Counted from the first letter of the stretch, positions 1 to 12,376 are shown. The stretch is DNA of 64,000 nt from Marsupella aquatica (GCA_973895155.1 OZ316892.1:4176510-4240509); one strand, 5' to 3'. The notes: generated from the letters alone by a model not told the origin. Made by a program: numbers and translations.

Positions 1-76
1 ATATGCCCTTTGGTGACGAGCGTGATGTACCTGAGCCAACAACTTTTACACACTAGAAAGACATGGCTGCAAGAGT
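1..76 (+). pseudogene. Inverted duplicate of CACTA-1 transposase sequence (continues off the left edge)
   Basis: 1-76 is the exact reverse complement of 3512-3587, including the same premature TAG (…TTFTH*KDMAAR). Confidence 0.95.
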
Positions 77-722
77 TGCAAAACCAAAACATTCACAAAA
101 TGAGACCCTAGACAGGCACAGGATTTGCGAGCCTATTACATGGCTGCAAGTTAGCCATATATTCCACAAACATCGCTCATTTGCGAGACAATAAGACTCG
201 CAAAATATTTTGAGATGCTTAAATATTCGCAACCATTTAGTTTTCCAGCGCATCTCAATGAATTTGCGAAGCGGTAAAGATCGCTAACTTGTTCAATGGT
301 AATTGCTTCGGAAATGTTTTGCGATACCTGAAGTGTCGTAAAATGTTGCGATGGTCTAAGTTTCGCAATTATGTGTTGCGATGTGTGTAAACCCTAAACC
401 CTAAACCCTAAACACATCGCAACACATAATTGCGAAACTTAGACCATCGCAACATTTTATGACACTTCAGGTATCGCAAAACATTTCCGAAGCAATTACC
501 ATTGAACAAGTTAGCAATCTTTACCGCTTCGCAAATTCATTGAGATGCGCCGGAAAACTAAATGGTTGCGAATATTTAAGCATCTCAAAATATTTTGCGA
601 GTCTTATTGTCTCGCAAATGAGCGATGTTTATGGAATATATGGCTAACTTGCGATAGTAATAGGCTCGCAAATCCTGTGCCTGTCTAGGGTCTCATTTTG
701 TGAATGTTTTGGTTTTGCAACT
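74..722. repeat. Long inverted repeat (fold-back): arms 74-386 and 412-722, 25-bp spacer
   Basis: Arms are reverse complements, with about four transitions and one small replacement near 140-145. Confidence 0.95.
387..411 (+). repeat. Arabidopsis-type telomeric tract (TAAACCC)3 forming the fold-back spacer
   Basis: gtaaaccctaaaccctaaaccctaa fills the whole gap between the arms. Confidence 0.85.
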
Positions 723-859
723 TTGAGATGGTGGTATCTTCGGAAGTTTGCGATGAGGGAATGATGGCAATTAGGGAGCAGTTAAGTATCGCAAATGTAG
801 CGATGAGTTTGCGGGTGTAGGGGTTTCGCAAGATGTTTCGCAAAATATTATGAGCGCTT

Positions 860-1500
860 CAAAGAGGTGGAAAAGGAATGGGATTGGGGAGGGAGGGTAA
901 AGGAGGGTGGATACATGTAATTTTTAGGGAGGGACAATGAAAAGGAGGAGGAAGGGAATGGGGCTAGGAGGGACAAGGAACGGAGGGATCCAAGAGGGAG
1001 GATACAGGTTTAGGGGGCACAAGGAAATGAGGGAGGAGGAAGGGTATGTAGATATAGTTTTAGGGAGGGTTTGGATTTAGGGAGTGAAAATAAAAAGGAG
1101 GGAGTTTAGGGTTTAGAGAGGGACAAGGAAAGGAGGGAGGGTATTGGTTTAGAGAGGGACAAGGAAATGAGGGAGGTTTAAGGGTATAGGTTTAGGAGGG
1201 AGGAGAGAAGCTAGGTTGTATAGGTAAGAGTGGGGGACAGGGGTGGAAAGTAAGGAAAGTATAGGGTTGAAATAGAAAGCCAGGGGTTGGGACAAGGAGA
1301 GGAAGGAGGAAGGAGGGTTTAATAAGAGGGACAGACAATGAAAGAAAGGAGGAGGGAGGTGGGTACAAGTAATAAGGAGAACAGCTAGGGGGGGATTAGG
1401 AAAGCATGGAGGATAGAGGACTACAAGCAACATGAGTTTTCTTTGCATAAAGTCTACCAAAAGGTGTGGTGAGTGTGGGGTAGGGATGGGAGATATAGAA
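860..1500 (+). repeat. Purine/G-rich low-complexity tract with degenerate GAGGGACAAGGAA and TTTAGGG units
   Basis: Strong G/A strand bias; a C-rich counterpart lies at about 7600-8060. Confidence 0.7.
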
Positions 1501-1650
1501 AACAACATTTGAAAATGATATACTTACAAAACATAAGTTTATTGATAATTGAGAAGCACATATTTCTCCATTCTACCGAGAAGAGAAATCTTCATATCAT
1601 CAAATCTAACTATATATCCGTGTAGCTATATATCCACAAACACAGACCCC

Positions 1651-4600
1651 TCAAACTTGGTCCTCATCATCTTCAGGTTGGGACACAACCAGAATATCAG
1701 GCTTTTCCCCAACGATTGAACGAGACCGTGGCACATATGTGATGACAAGTGACCATTCCTCTGGGTTTGGGGGGTATGGAATATAGAAACATTGTTCCAC
1801 ATGACTTGGAAAAGTGAACGGCTCTGATGTTTGCCAATGAGATGGCTGGAAACTAGTGGCAGACGTCTTCAGTCGTGTAAATCCACACTCATCTTGAACC
1901 ACAGTAGGATTGTTACCTGCAAGGTTCACTTTGAACCACTTGCACTTGAAGACATACTCTTCAAACTTTGATTGTGCATCATAAGATATCACTAGAATCT
2001 CTTCTACCTTTCCATAATGTGGCACAACATCTTGAATAATATTTGTGTCATGGCGACTGCTGCGGGAATCTTGAGAGAATTGTCCTTGAACTCCACAATC
2101 AAAGGTACGACCCCTCTTCTCATCAAGGGAAGAAATCCTAAAATCCATCAAACCATAAGGATATGTTACACAAAAATAGACACAAACATATTCCAATTAA
2201 TTAAACACACCAAGAATCTGCCTCTTCAATATACGTGCTTGTATTACAAATGAATTAAATTAAACCAAGTGATTCAAATCAAAGGTTACTAAGGTAGATG
2301 GAGATCACCTGAAATGTCTTCCTTGTGTCCACATTGCTGTCCTTGTTGTAACCACTCTCAAGGGACCATGAACAATGGTACGAACATCATCTGTGATAGC
2401 CGGAAAATGTAATACACTCTCTCCCCTGACCACCATGTCATCCCCCTCAACTAACTTCTCCTTCATATAGTCAAGGTACTTTGGAAAAATCCTTGGTCTT
2501 GTGCTGTTACTTTTGGCATCCTCATAGAAATCCCTCCATTCTTCCATGATAGTGCTGTTACTCAACATGAATGTGGTCAGTTGTTTCACCTCCACTGGTG
2601 TCAACATGCGAGTTTTCCTAGCACCTGTTAAACGATCCTCTTCATCTTCCCTCTCCTCTACCCAAGTACGGGGAGAGGTACAATCAATTGTGGCCAATAT
2701 GTTACTACAATAGAACATACTCTCAGCTGCTAAGTATCCTGTAGCCATGCTTCCCTCAACCCGTGCACGGTTACGTACATAACCTTTTAACACTGCCATG
2801 TATCATTCTAGCCAATACATCCACCGACAATGCACAGGACCTGCAATGGCCACCTCATGAACAAGATGAACAAGTAAATGCACTTGACAGTCAAAAAAGG
2901 AAGGAGGAAGGGCCTTCTCCAACTTGCATACCACCTCTGCTGCCAAAACCTCCATCCCATGGATCTCATCAGTATATATCTCCTTAGAGCATACCCATCT
3001 CAATAGTTTTCCCAATGACCAAAGGGCATCTTGCACTTCTTCACTTGCCAAACCTATTATGGCCACAGGCAATATGTGCTGCAATAACCTATGGTAGTCA
3101 TGTGTCTTGAGATACCTTGGCCACTTATGATTGTCCTCCATCCCAAAGGCCTTTCGGAGATTGGCACCATAACCAGTAGGAAACCGCATGTCTCCTATGC
3201 GATTCTAAAACTCCCTTCTCTGGCCAATAGGAAGCACCCATGGAGCTGAAGGTCGATGCTCGATCCCTGTGATAGGATCACTTATGACCCACACGTCTGG
3301 ATGCATCTCAAGATCCTCACAAGCCTCCCTGAAGTTAGTGTCTTTCTCTCCATAGAAAGCCTTTATCAAAGCCTTTCCCACATTTCCCTCAATGTGCATG
3401 GGGTCTAATAGATGGCGGATCTTCAACTCACCCCAATAGGGCAAAGTGGTTAATATACTCCACCTTGTCAAGCCACTACCGTCAAATTGCATGGGATCCT
3501 CTGGGTCTGCCACTCTTGCAGCCATGTCTTTCTAGTGTGTAAAAGTTGTTGGCTCAGGTACATCACGCTCGTCACCAAAGGGCATATCAATAGAGGAAAA
3601 TAGTAGTGGGTCACGCCTCATCTGATGTCCCATTGGAAGAAACTTTGTATGCCCAAGATAAACAATCTTGCGAAGATGTGATGAATACTTGGCTACATCA
3701 CCAAGGCTTGGGCCACAAGTGGAGCAATCCTTGTAGCCTTGGGTTTGCAACCCACTCACAAAGCCAAATCCTGGTCATATAAACACACATTATGTTAGGA
3801 TTAGCACATGGAAATGAGGGGATACCATGCATTAGAATATGATGCATTTAAACAACAAAGTTCTTACCTGGGTAGTCATGCATGGTCCACATACAAACCC
3901 CTTTGAGTTTGAAAACCAGTGGGGTACCCCCTGTAGTCTTTCGACCATCATATGCCCATACTCCTTCCCATAATTTCTGGAGTTCCTGAACCAGTAATGT
4001 CAAATAGGTGTCCATGTTCTTCACCTTCTTTGGCCCTAGGATAATCAAAGATAGCAACAAAAAACCCTTTTTCATGGACAACCATGGTGGAAGGTTGTAA
4101 TTCATGAGAACCACAGGCCAGACCGATGTAGGTCTCCCCTTCCCTCCAAGTGAATGAGGGCTAACTCCATCTGATGCCAACCCCAGTCGCACATGCCGAG
4201 GGTCACGCTCAAAATCTGGCCATGTTGATTCCACATGTTTATGAGCAGGAGAGTCAACTGGTAATCGCATGACACCGGGCTCCGAACGATGTTTCTTGTG
4301 CCATACCATCAACTCGGCCAAGTCAGAACATCTATACATGTGCAACAAGCGAGGAATTATGGGGAACCAACGAACTGCTTTCCTTGGTACCTTCTGGGTT
4401 AGCATGTTTGGCTCATACCGTGGCTCATGACACACTGTGCATTCTGTGATATGGGTTGTATCCCCGTGAAATAACATGCAATCATTCACACAGGCATGAA
4501 TAATATGGTAATCCATACCAATGGATGAGAGAACCTTCTTTGCATCCTTCCAGGTCCCTGGCAACACATTCTCCGAGGGTAACATCAAGTCATGACAATA

Positions 4601-6420
4601 TTCAAATATGTCTGATAACATAGAATTGCTTGTCTTGTGTTTGGCTTGAATGTTCAAGAGCCCCAATATGGCAGAAAGACGGCTCAACCGAGCACCCTCA
4701 AAAATAGGTTCAAGCATGTTCCTCTGCCTCTTTCCATTGTTGTTGTCCCTCTGGAGTATGTTGTGGCCGTGGGTCATTTGAAGGGCCAACCTCATGACCA
4801 ATGTGAGGCACATCATCCTCAACATCGGCACCAAACCAATCAACCATGAAGTCATCCATGGCTCTATCTTGATCATGCATGACCTGGTCATCAGTCCGAG
4901 GTGCGGCTTCCTCATCAGCACCACCTACATCATTACTTGATGAGGAATCACCCTCTGATGGTTCTCCCTCTTCTGGCATACCCATCTCCCGATATGTTGC
5001 TCTCAACCTTCGTGGTAACATTTGTTGAGATGGTTGTGCATTCTATGCACATTACAACCAAAAAACCTCCTCATGTATATTTGACCAAGTACAACAAATT
5101 AAAATAGACTTAACACCATTCATTCAAGACATTAAGAATTAAAGTAAATGCATGGGCTAAAACCTTATTACTCCAAAATGAGCCCAAAGGCCATATATAT
5201 AATAGTAAATGGGAAGTCCAAAATAGGTGCAAGAGGATAAAGGACATGATTTCCTAATCCCACTCATAGTGTGTGAATAACTCATCTCCTGCTCTAATGG
5301 TCCTAGTAGCAAGAACTAAGCAATGGTCCTTATGATATGTCGTGCCATATGGTGCTGGCATTGGACCATCAGTAAAAACCCACTCACAATTGGCCCTACG
5401 CTTGGGCCGAGTCCCCACAGTACTATTTATGAAACCAACAATATTCCCATTACGTATGGGATCACCATCTATCACCCGCTGCTCACTATACCTTCTAGTG
5501 CTACCATCAAAAGTATCCATCTCTAGAGCATATGTTTTCCACTCAGGATGTTGTGCAAGGATCATGTTCCAATGTCTTCTCTTGTAGATGGGTCCACCGT
5601 ATGGGAACAAAGTAGGACCCTCTCTACCACGAACACTTGACCCACCCTCCTCATCCATGATGATATCCTCACAAGCAAATACTCCATATCCATGTCTCTC
5701 TCCAAGTGTGGAAGTTTTCACAATCCAACGTCTACCCCAAACCACAATCTCCTCATCAAAATCTGTAAAATAAGGCAAGCCAAGAGTGATAGGTTCCCAA
5801 TCCTTGATGATAGAGGCACACTTGCCAGTGAATGAACAAACACCCCACCTACCCTGAACTAGTGTTCTGGATGGGTCATTGGGTGCTCGTGGCCTCCTGT
5901 TGGATTGGGGCCTGGACCGGGGTCTTCGTGTCTCAGTGGGCACATGAGGGTATTCCCCTTCTGTCCCATGACTGGTACTAATTCCCAAACCCAAGGCTTG
6001 TGAAAGTGCATTGCCTATAGCATCTAAAACTCCTTGTGATGGGACATAGGGTGGTGGTGTCACCAATCTACGCATACTGGATCCCTATTCCATGCAAACA
6101 CCCACAAACAACCAAATGTGTAAACCATATGTGTAAACATTGATTCACCTCTAAAAATAACAGTAAAGAACGGCAATCAATTGAAACAAACTTACCATAT
6201 GGGATGAAGAAGCCCCGGGAGTAAGACCTCTATGACGTCCATATCTCTCAATATGTTGAGCACACACATAAAATTTTTGAGAAATTTGGCCCACACATCT
6301 GGTGCAGTCACAAAGTCTTCGGGGTGGACCACGAGGACCAGTAACCTCGGGCTGAGGAGGAGGGGGTATATCGTCATCGGAGGAGTACTCACTACTGGAT
6401 AGTTCAGAGGAAGAGGACAT
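1651..6420 (-). pseudogene. CACTA TnpD/Tnp2 transposase of CACTA-1 (transposase-associated Zn domain, Transposase_21, DUF4218, DUF4216), disrupted
   Basis: Motifs CDCTRC…HIERYG, RHVRLGLASDGVSP, NYNLPPWL, MHDYPG, LDPMHIEGN, LKTHDYH, FFDCQVHLLVHL, WMYWLE, FKCKWF. Predicted exon 1 6420-6196 spliced to 5042. Frameshift near 4715; stops at 3532, 3205 and 2803; introns near 3770-3870 and 2160-2307. Confidence 0.93.
5254..6084 (-). CDS. SET-domain exon/ORF inside the first intron of the CACTA-1 transposase
   Basis: Open 273-aa ORF with SET motifs HGYGVFACEDI, LFPYGG, IDGDP..NGNIVGFINS, NCEWV, LATRTIRAGDELFTHY; phase-0 acceptor GAATAG|GGA at 6085/6084. Confidence 0.88.
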   Translation of the reverse strand, partial: GSSMRRLVTPPPYVPSQGVLDAIGNALSQALGLGISTSHGTEGEYPHVPTETRRPRSRPQSNRRPRAPNDPSRTLVQGRWGVCSFTGKCASIIKDWEPITLGLPYFTDFDEEIVVWGRRWIVKTSTLGERHGYGVFACEDIIMDEEGGSSVRGREGPTLFPYGGPIYKRRHWNMILAQHPEWKTYALEMDTFDGSTRRYSEQRVIDGDPIRNGNIVGFINSTVGTRPKRRANCEWVFTDGPMPAPYGTTYHKDHCLVLATRTIRAGDELFTHYEWD

Positions 6421-6559
6421 ATCCACTGCCACATTACATTGCATGTAGGGCATGATTAGGAAAAATTAGGCCATATATAAAGCAATTTTTAAAAAAATGA
6501 ACTCAAAAAACAATTAGGTTGGTTTATACATGGGATTTTATTACCCTTTTATATTTGTT

Positions 6560-7580
6560 AGCATGAAACCCAAATTAAGGTGAGTGTCATGCAAGAAGAA
6601 ACCACATTATAACCTTTGGGAAAATTGTAATACCCTATGTCCTAAGTGAGGTTAGATTATTACCTGAATGAGACCCGGGCTCAACAGTGCCTATAGGTCA
6701 CGTGGCTTTTGGAACATTTGCCAAATCTAGAAGTAGGAGGAAAATACTGGAAACAAAATGTAAGTTTGGATGGTAATTAGCAGCCGTCAAGTTGTGGAAT
6801 CTTAGACATTTACCCACATATATCATGGCACAACAAAGAAGGGCAAGCATAAAAATCTGTACTAACAACATTGACTGTATACATGATGTTATACCTTTTA
6901 GATGCCCGGGTTCCCACAATGCATATGCATTAGACAAAAGTTGAGGTAGTAGTGTTGGCCCTGCGTTGTATCATGATTACATGGGTTTTCCCCTCAATTG
7001 TTAGCATAAAACCCTAAACCCTAAACCCTTATCCCCCCTCGAGTGAAAGGTGAGTGTCATGCAATAAAAACCCACCCTAGACCCCTGGGAAAACTCTAAA
7101 GGCCTAAGCCCAGAATGAAGTTGGACAATAATTACCTGAATGAGATCCGGACTCAATAGTGCCTGTAGGTCGTGTGGCTCATTGAACATGAGCTGAATCT
7201 AGAAGCACGAGGAAAATACTGGAAACAAAAAAGTAAGTTTGGATAGCCATTAGCTTCTCTCAAGTTGTAGACCCCCAAACATGTGCATATAGATATTCTT
7301 GCACAACAAAGAAGGACAAGGTTTATGAACAATCTCTTTATCAAACCCTGCTAACATACATGTTTAAATATACCTTTTAGATGTCCGGGTTCCCACAATG
7401 CATATGCATTAGACAAAAGTTGAGGAAGCAGTGATGGTCCTGCACTGGATCATGATTACATGGGATTTCCCTCAATTGTTAGCATAAAAACCAAAACCTC
7501 ATCCCGCTTCAAGTGAAAGGTGAGTGTCATGCAATAAAAACCCACCATAGACCCTTGGGAACTCTAAAAGCGTAAGCCAA
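6560..7580. repeat. Degenerate tandem repeat, about 470-bp unit, a little over two copies, upstream of the transposase
   Basis: AAGGTGAGTGTCATGCAA recurs at about 6577, 7047 and 7517, with long shared downstream blocks. Confidence 0.85.
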
Positions 7581-8303
7581 TGAAGTTAGCAAAAACCTAA
7601 ATGGTCAATTCCCTTCAACCATCCTATGCTTCTCTCTACCATAATTATATGCCACCCCTCTTGGTTACCCTCCTAAGATACCATAAAAGTAACCCAAGAT
7701 ACTATAAAACTGAAACCTCTCTTTCAAACCCTCCTAAGTTGGCCTAAACCCCAAAACCCAAAACATAAAACCCCTCCTAGCTCTTACCCTCCAATACATA
7801 TAACCCCAACCTTCATAAATAAAACCCCCCTGCAAACCCAAAACATAAAACCCCTCGTATCTAAGCCAATCTAAGCCCAACCTTCACAAAAGAAACCCTC
7901 CCCTAACCAGGCCAAACCCCCTCCTCTTACCCTGCAATATAACTCCTTCAATTTTCTAACCCCCCCAATCCTTATCTCATCACATCCCACTAAAATGCAA
8001 CATAATCCTCTACATCTACCCCATTTAATGTTCATAAGCCCCCTTAGTATCCCTAACAACACATCAAATACGCATGCGAGACGGGGGTTATGCCAAAACC
8101 AAATAGCGAAGGCTTTTGCGAATCTTGAAGCTTCGCAAAGATAGAATTTGCGAAGCTTTTTGCGAAGGCCGATGCATCGCAAACTGCGATGCGAAACGAA
8201 TCGCAAAGCCCAATATTTTGAATCCTTATGGATTGCCGAACGCGGACAAGGCGGATTCAGTTCATTCAGGCCTGAGGAGAGCAACGAGGGCAAGGGCGGA
8301 GCG

Positions 8304-10402
8304 ATGGCGAGCGAAGAGGGGACTGGTGGTGATGGAGGAGCTTCTTGCAGCAGCGGAGGCAACCGAGGGGGGGGGGATCGATTGAAGGCGATTGTGGATG
8401 AGCATTTTTCGGTTGCACAGTTGAGTCAAATTGATTTCACCAGTCCAGCAGGGCTGGCATCATTGAGTGCCCTTCTGGGCCAAGCCTTGCAAGCAGGTCT
8501 CACTGCAGGGTAAGCAGCAGTGGAGGAGGATGCAAGGAAGGCAGCAGAGCAGGCGGCTGCTGAGAGGAAGCGAAAGAGGGACGAGAGAGCTCAGGCTGGA
8601 GTGCTCTCGCCTCAAGCATTGGAAAAGAAGAGGAGGAAAGATGAGAGAGACCTGATCAGGAAACAGAGGGAGGAGCAAAGAAAGAAGGAGGCAGCAAGGA
8701 GGAAGCTGCCTCTGATTACTTTAGAGGATGAGGGGATTCCCACCGAGCTTGCTTACAATGGGGCCAAGAGCACAATCAGGCACATTGTATCCACAAATTT
8801 TGCAAGAGGAGTCGAGTGGGGCACTCGCTCAAAGGCAGAGCAGAAGCGAGTCATCAATCAGGTGAAAGATGCATTTCGAAATGGAGGAGAGATGGATTCA
8901 CAGTGGCTTGCTGACAAAATTTCAAACTCCATGTCACAAGCTAGATACCATGATAGAATGAAGATCAGGTCTCACCTTAGAGATTTGGAGGAGTATAGGA
9001 ATTTGCAGAGGCCGCTGCAATTCTCAGAAGATATCTGGCAGGCCTTCTACCAGACAGAGGTGAAGTTGAAAGCAGCCAGGCTCCTCAATGATTTCACAGA
9101 GAAGCTGGCAAAGGCTCGAAGGGCAAAGGAGGCCGGGAAGTCTGACCGGGACCTGAAGGTGATGGAGCAGAAGGTAGCCCAGCTCAAGCAGGTTGTAGCA
9201 GAAGTAGGCGATCCACCCAACAAGTTCCTGAAGGCAGCTGAGCGAGTCCGAGACAAGCCCAACATCACCCACAGGCTGGGTCAAGGTGGCCTCCCCGGCC
9301 TCAAAGCAGCATTCGTGAGTGCACCTCCCTCTCCTCCCTTGACTTCTTGCTACTCCAATTCCTATTCCAACACACCTGCAATGAGCCAACTCTTTCTTGC
9401 ATTTCCACCAAGTAGTTACAATTAGACTTGTTGTGTCAGATTAGGTCACGTACAGTTGCTTCCCTCTCGGGTTTTTGCCATGACAGAGTTTGCGATACAT
9501 TTGCGATGCGGGTAGCTTCACAAATCCTTCGCAAACCTTATTATGCCCTTTTTTTGCTTACGTTTGCGAAGGCGTTGCGAAGACGTTCGCATCGCAACCA
9601 GCTTCGCAAACGTAATTGTCCTTACCATTGCGAAGTTGGCGCCTTCGCAAAATTTCAAAAATTTGAATTTTTAAATTTTCCGATCGTTTAAGTGTTCTTT
9701 GAGGGTCTTCCCCATATATGCCACCCTCCATAACCCCAAAACCTTGATGCACCACCCCACCAGCCCCAACAAACCCCCTAATTTTTAGAAGCCATGTGAA
9801 TCGGGTTATGGGTTGGTGTTAACCCAATTGTGCTGGTTTTGTTTTGGCTTAGTACAAGAGGTACAAGAGGAAGATTACGGCGGCTGAGATGGAGGTGGGC
9901 CAGAAACATGGGAAGGAGTATCTCTTTCAGCAAGTTGATGAATTATTGGTGAGAATTTTTAGGTTATTACATTCATTGCAATTTTGAATGAATATCTCTT
10001 TTGTTCACACTTGTAAAGAATATGAGACTAACAGACACCCTGGTTTGCTAATGGAAGCAGGGAGGGGAGGATGGTGACTCCCATACCGAGGGTGGCACTG
10101 ATATTAGTGATGAGGATGTGGAGGGGACAGGGGAGGGGAGCACAGCTCCTGCTACTCAAGCCACGCCAACTAGCACTGGAGACCAGTCATTTGCATCAGC
10201 ACGTTCCAGTGGTGCTGGGGGTGGTAGCGCGGCAAGCCAGGGCGGTGGAGGTGGGGATGAGGATGAGGATGAGGATGAGGGTGACCCCGAGGGTGACCAA
10301 GAGGAGGAGGAAGTCCAGGTTGCACCCCCCCCAAGAGCACACAAGGGCAAGGAGAAGGCCAAGGGGAAGAAGGCAAGGAGGGGCAGGAACACTCCTTTCT
10401 AG
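8304..10402 (+). pseudogene. Second CACTA-1 gene (TnpA/Transposase_24-like), three exons, divergent from the transposase
   Basis: Exons 8304-9314, 9853-9948 and 10061-10402 join in phase 0 at GT/AG; HRLGQGG motif; acidic tail and basic end; one in-frame TAA at 8511-8513. Confidence 0.72.
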
Positions 10403-11204
10403 CTCGATGTAGACAAGTTGTAGCTAGAGCACTTACATCGAGTTCACATGTATAGCGATCAGCATGCATGGCCGTGGCACTTTACCTAAGGGTTTTTACC
10501 CTTCCATTTTGTAACTTTTGTACTTTTTCAGTAATGCCATTTTAATTGCGGCAGACTGGGTCAACATCACTTTTCTCCCTCCTTCAAAACCCATGAATGG
10601 TCTCCCTCACCCTCACCCTAACCCAAATACACAAAAACCCATGAAATATACATTTTGCGAAGCTTTTGAGAACCAACCCCCATCTCAAAGACCCACGGTG
10701 AACGTATCGCAACCATTCCGAGGAGAAATGCATCGCAATACTTGCGATGTTGTCTAAATCACAACCCTAGCAAAGACTTCCTCTCCACACGTTTGCGAGT
10801 TAAATGCCTTTGCAACAAAGCGGTCATCCGCTTCTCGCAATCTTACGAGTTTGTTTGCATCGCAAGTTATAGAGAAATTTAACATCGGAAATTGCGATGT
10901 AAATGTTACCGCAACGTGAGCGATTCATTTGTTCTCGCAAAATAATGAAATTTGTCATTTCTCAATATTTGCAAGGACAGTGCCGTCGCAACGTTGCGGA
11001 GATGTTGCGACGTATTTAGAATCGCAAGTTGCAAAGTAGTTGCGAAGGGCCGTTTGCGAAGAATTTGAGATGGGAAGTAGCGAAGACGTTGCGATGCGAG
11101 TAAGTTCGCAAATTGGGTATTTCGGATTTTGTTTCCTTTGTATGATGCGAAGGGTGGTGGTTCGCAAAAGAGGTGCATAGTGTTGTAGTGCTTGCCCTGA
11201 GTCT

Positions 11205-11920
11205 ATGGTGGTGGATGGGGGACGAGTGGAATCATTGATTCAGGCAATATACCCGACTCTTGCTAATGTGGACGATAGGTTCTTAAGTGAGAGAACTATC
11301 CTGGCGCCGACAAATGACGAGGCACTAAAAATTAACGACTCTATCTTAGAAGGACTTCTCGGGGAATCAAGTGAGTTTTTTAGCGTAGATCGTCCAGATC
11401 AGCTTGAGGGGGAGAACTTCTACCCTATGGAGTTCTTGAATACACTCACGCCGAGTGGTCTGCCGCCTCATAAGTTGGTACTAAAGGTTGGATGCCCTAT
11501 CATTTTACTTAGGAATATAGATCACTCTTTGGGGTTGTGCAATGGTACTCGGCTAATTGTGAGAGCAATGAATCGTCATGTCATTGAGGCACGTGTTCTC
11601 GCAGGAAAACATGCAGGGACCCTTACATTTATCCCACGGATTCCGTTGACGTATGACGAGTCACTTCCTTTTTTATTACGTAGGGTCCAATTTCCCGTTC
11701 GAGTGGCATATGCAATGACCATAAACAAGGCTCAAGGTCAGACTTTAGAACATGTAGGGTTGCAGCTTTCAAAAGCCTGTATTTAGTCATGGACAGTTGT
11801 ATGTAGCATTCTCAAGGGCAACATCACCTACAACTATCCAGGTTTTACTTTCAGATTCCAAGGAGGGTCAAGCAAAGTTGACAAAAAATGTAAGTTGTAT
11901 ATGATGAGGTTCTTTATTGA
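11205..11920 (+). pseudogene. Helitron RepHel PIF1-like helicase, C-terminal fragment, frameshifted
   Basis: ILAPTN, SGLPPHKLVLKVG.PIILLRN, GLCNGTRL, QFPVRVAYAMTINKAQGQTL; FSHGQLYVAFSR continues in another frame after about 11775. Confidence 0.93.
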
Positions 11921-12009
11921 ACTCCTGAATAAAGATTGTATCACTTTTGTATTAATCTCTTTGACTTTTTGCTTGAATTATAAGTTTGCAATGCACAACC
12001 ATGTTTGGC

Positions 12010-12376
12010 TCGCCTCAAAATCTTACCCTCACCTCCACATCTTGCTCTCATCTCGACATCTTGCTCTCACTTTGATAACTTGCCTTCATCTCCAAATCTT
12101 GCCCTCACCTCAACATCTTGCCTTCACTTGAAATCTTGCCCTCATCTCCAAATCTTGCCCTCATGTTGACATCTTGCCCTCACTTGAAATCTTGCCCTCA
12201 CCTCCAAATATTGCCCTCACCTCGACATCTTGCCCTCACCTCCAAATCTTGCCCTCACCTCCAAATCTTGCCCTCACCTCCAAATCTTGCCCTCATCTTG
12301 GCATCTCGCTCTCACCTCGGCATCTTGCCCTCACTCAAAATCTTGCTCTCACTCAAAATCTTGCCCTCACTCAAAG
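12010..12376. repeat. About 18-19-bp minisatellite (CTCCAAATCTTGCCCTCAC) in the Helitron 3' region
   Basis: Roughly 18 degenerate tandem copies. Confidence 0.9.

Larger units (their letters stand above)
412..11190 (-). mobile_element. CACTA/EnSpm transposon 'CACTA-1'; right terminus present, left terminus replaced by the fold-back
   Basis: Ends …TGTTGTAGTG at 11190 (CACTACAACA on minus); TCGCAA/TTGCGA subterminal clusters at both sides; Tnp2-type transposase; abuts Helitron helicase sequence. No TSD can be checked. Confidence 0.88.

Noticed and set aside
51-60. CACTAG as the left TIR of CACTA-1
   Set aside because: It lies inside the inverted copy of transposase coding sequence (3512-3587), and the flanks (ACA versus CTT) give no TSD.
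1149-1508. 119-aa Pro/Leu-rich ORF
   Set aside because: By-product of the purine-rich low-complexity tract.
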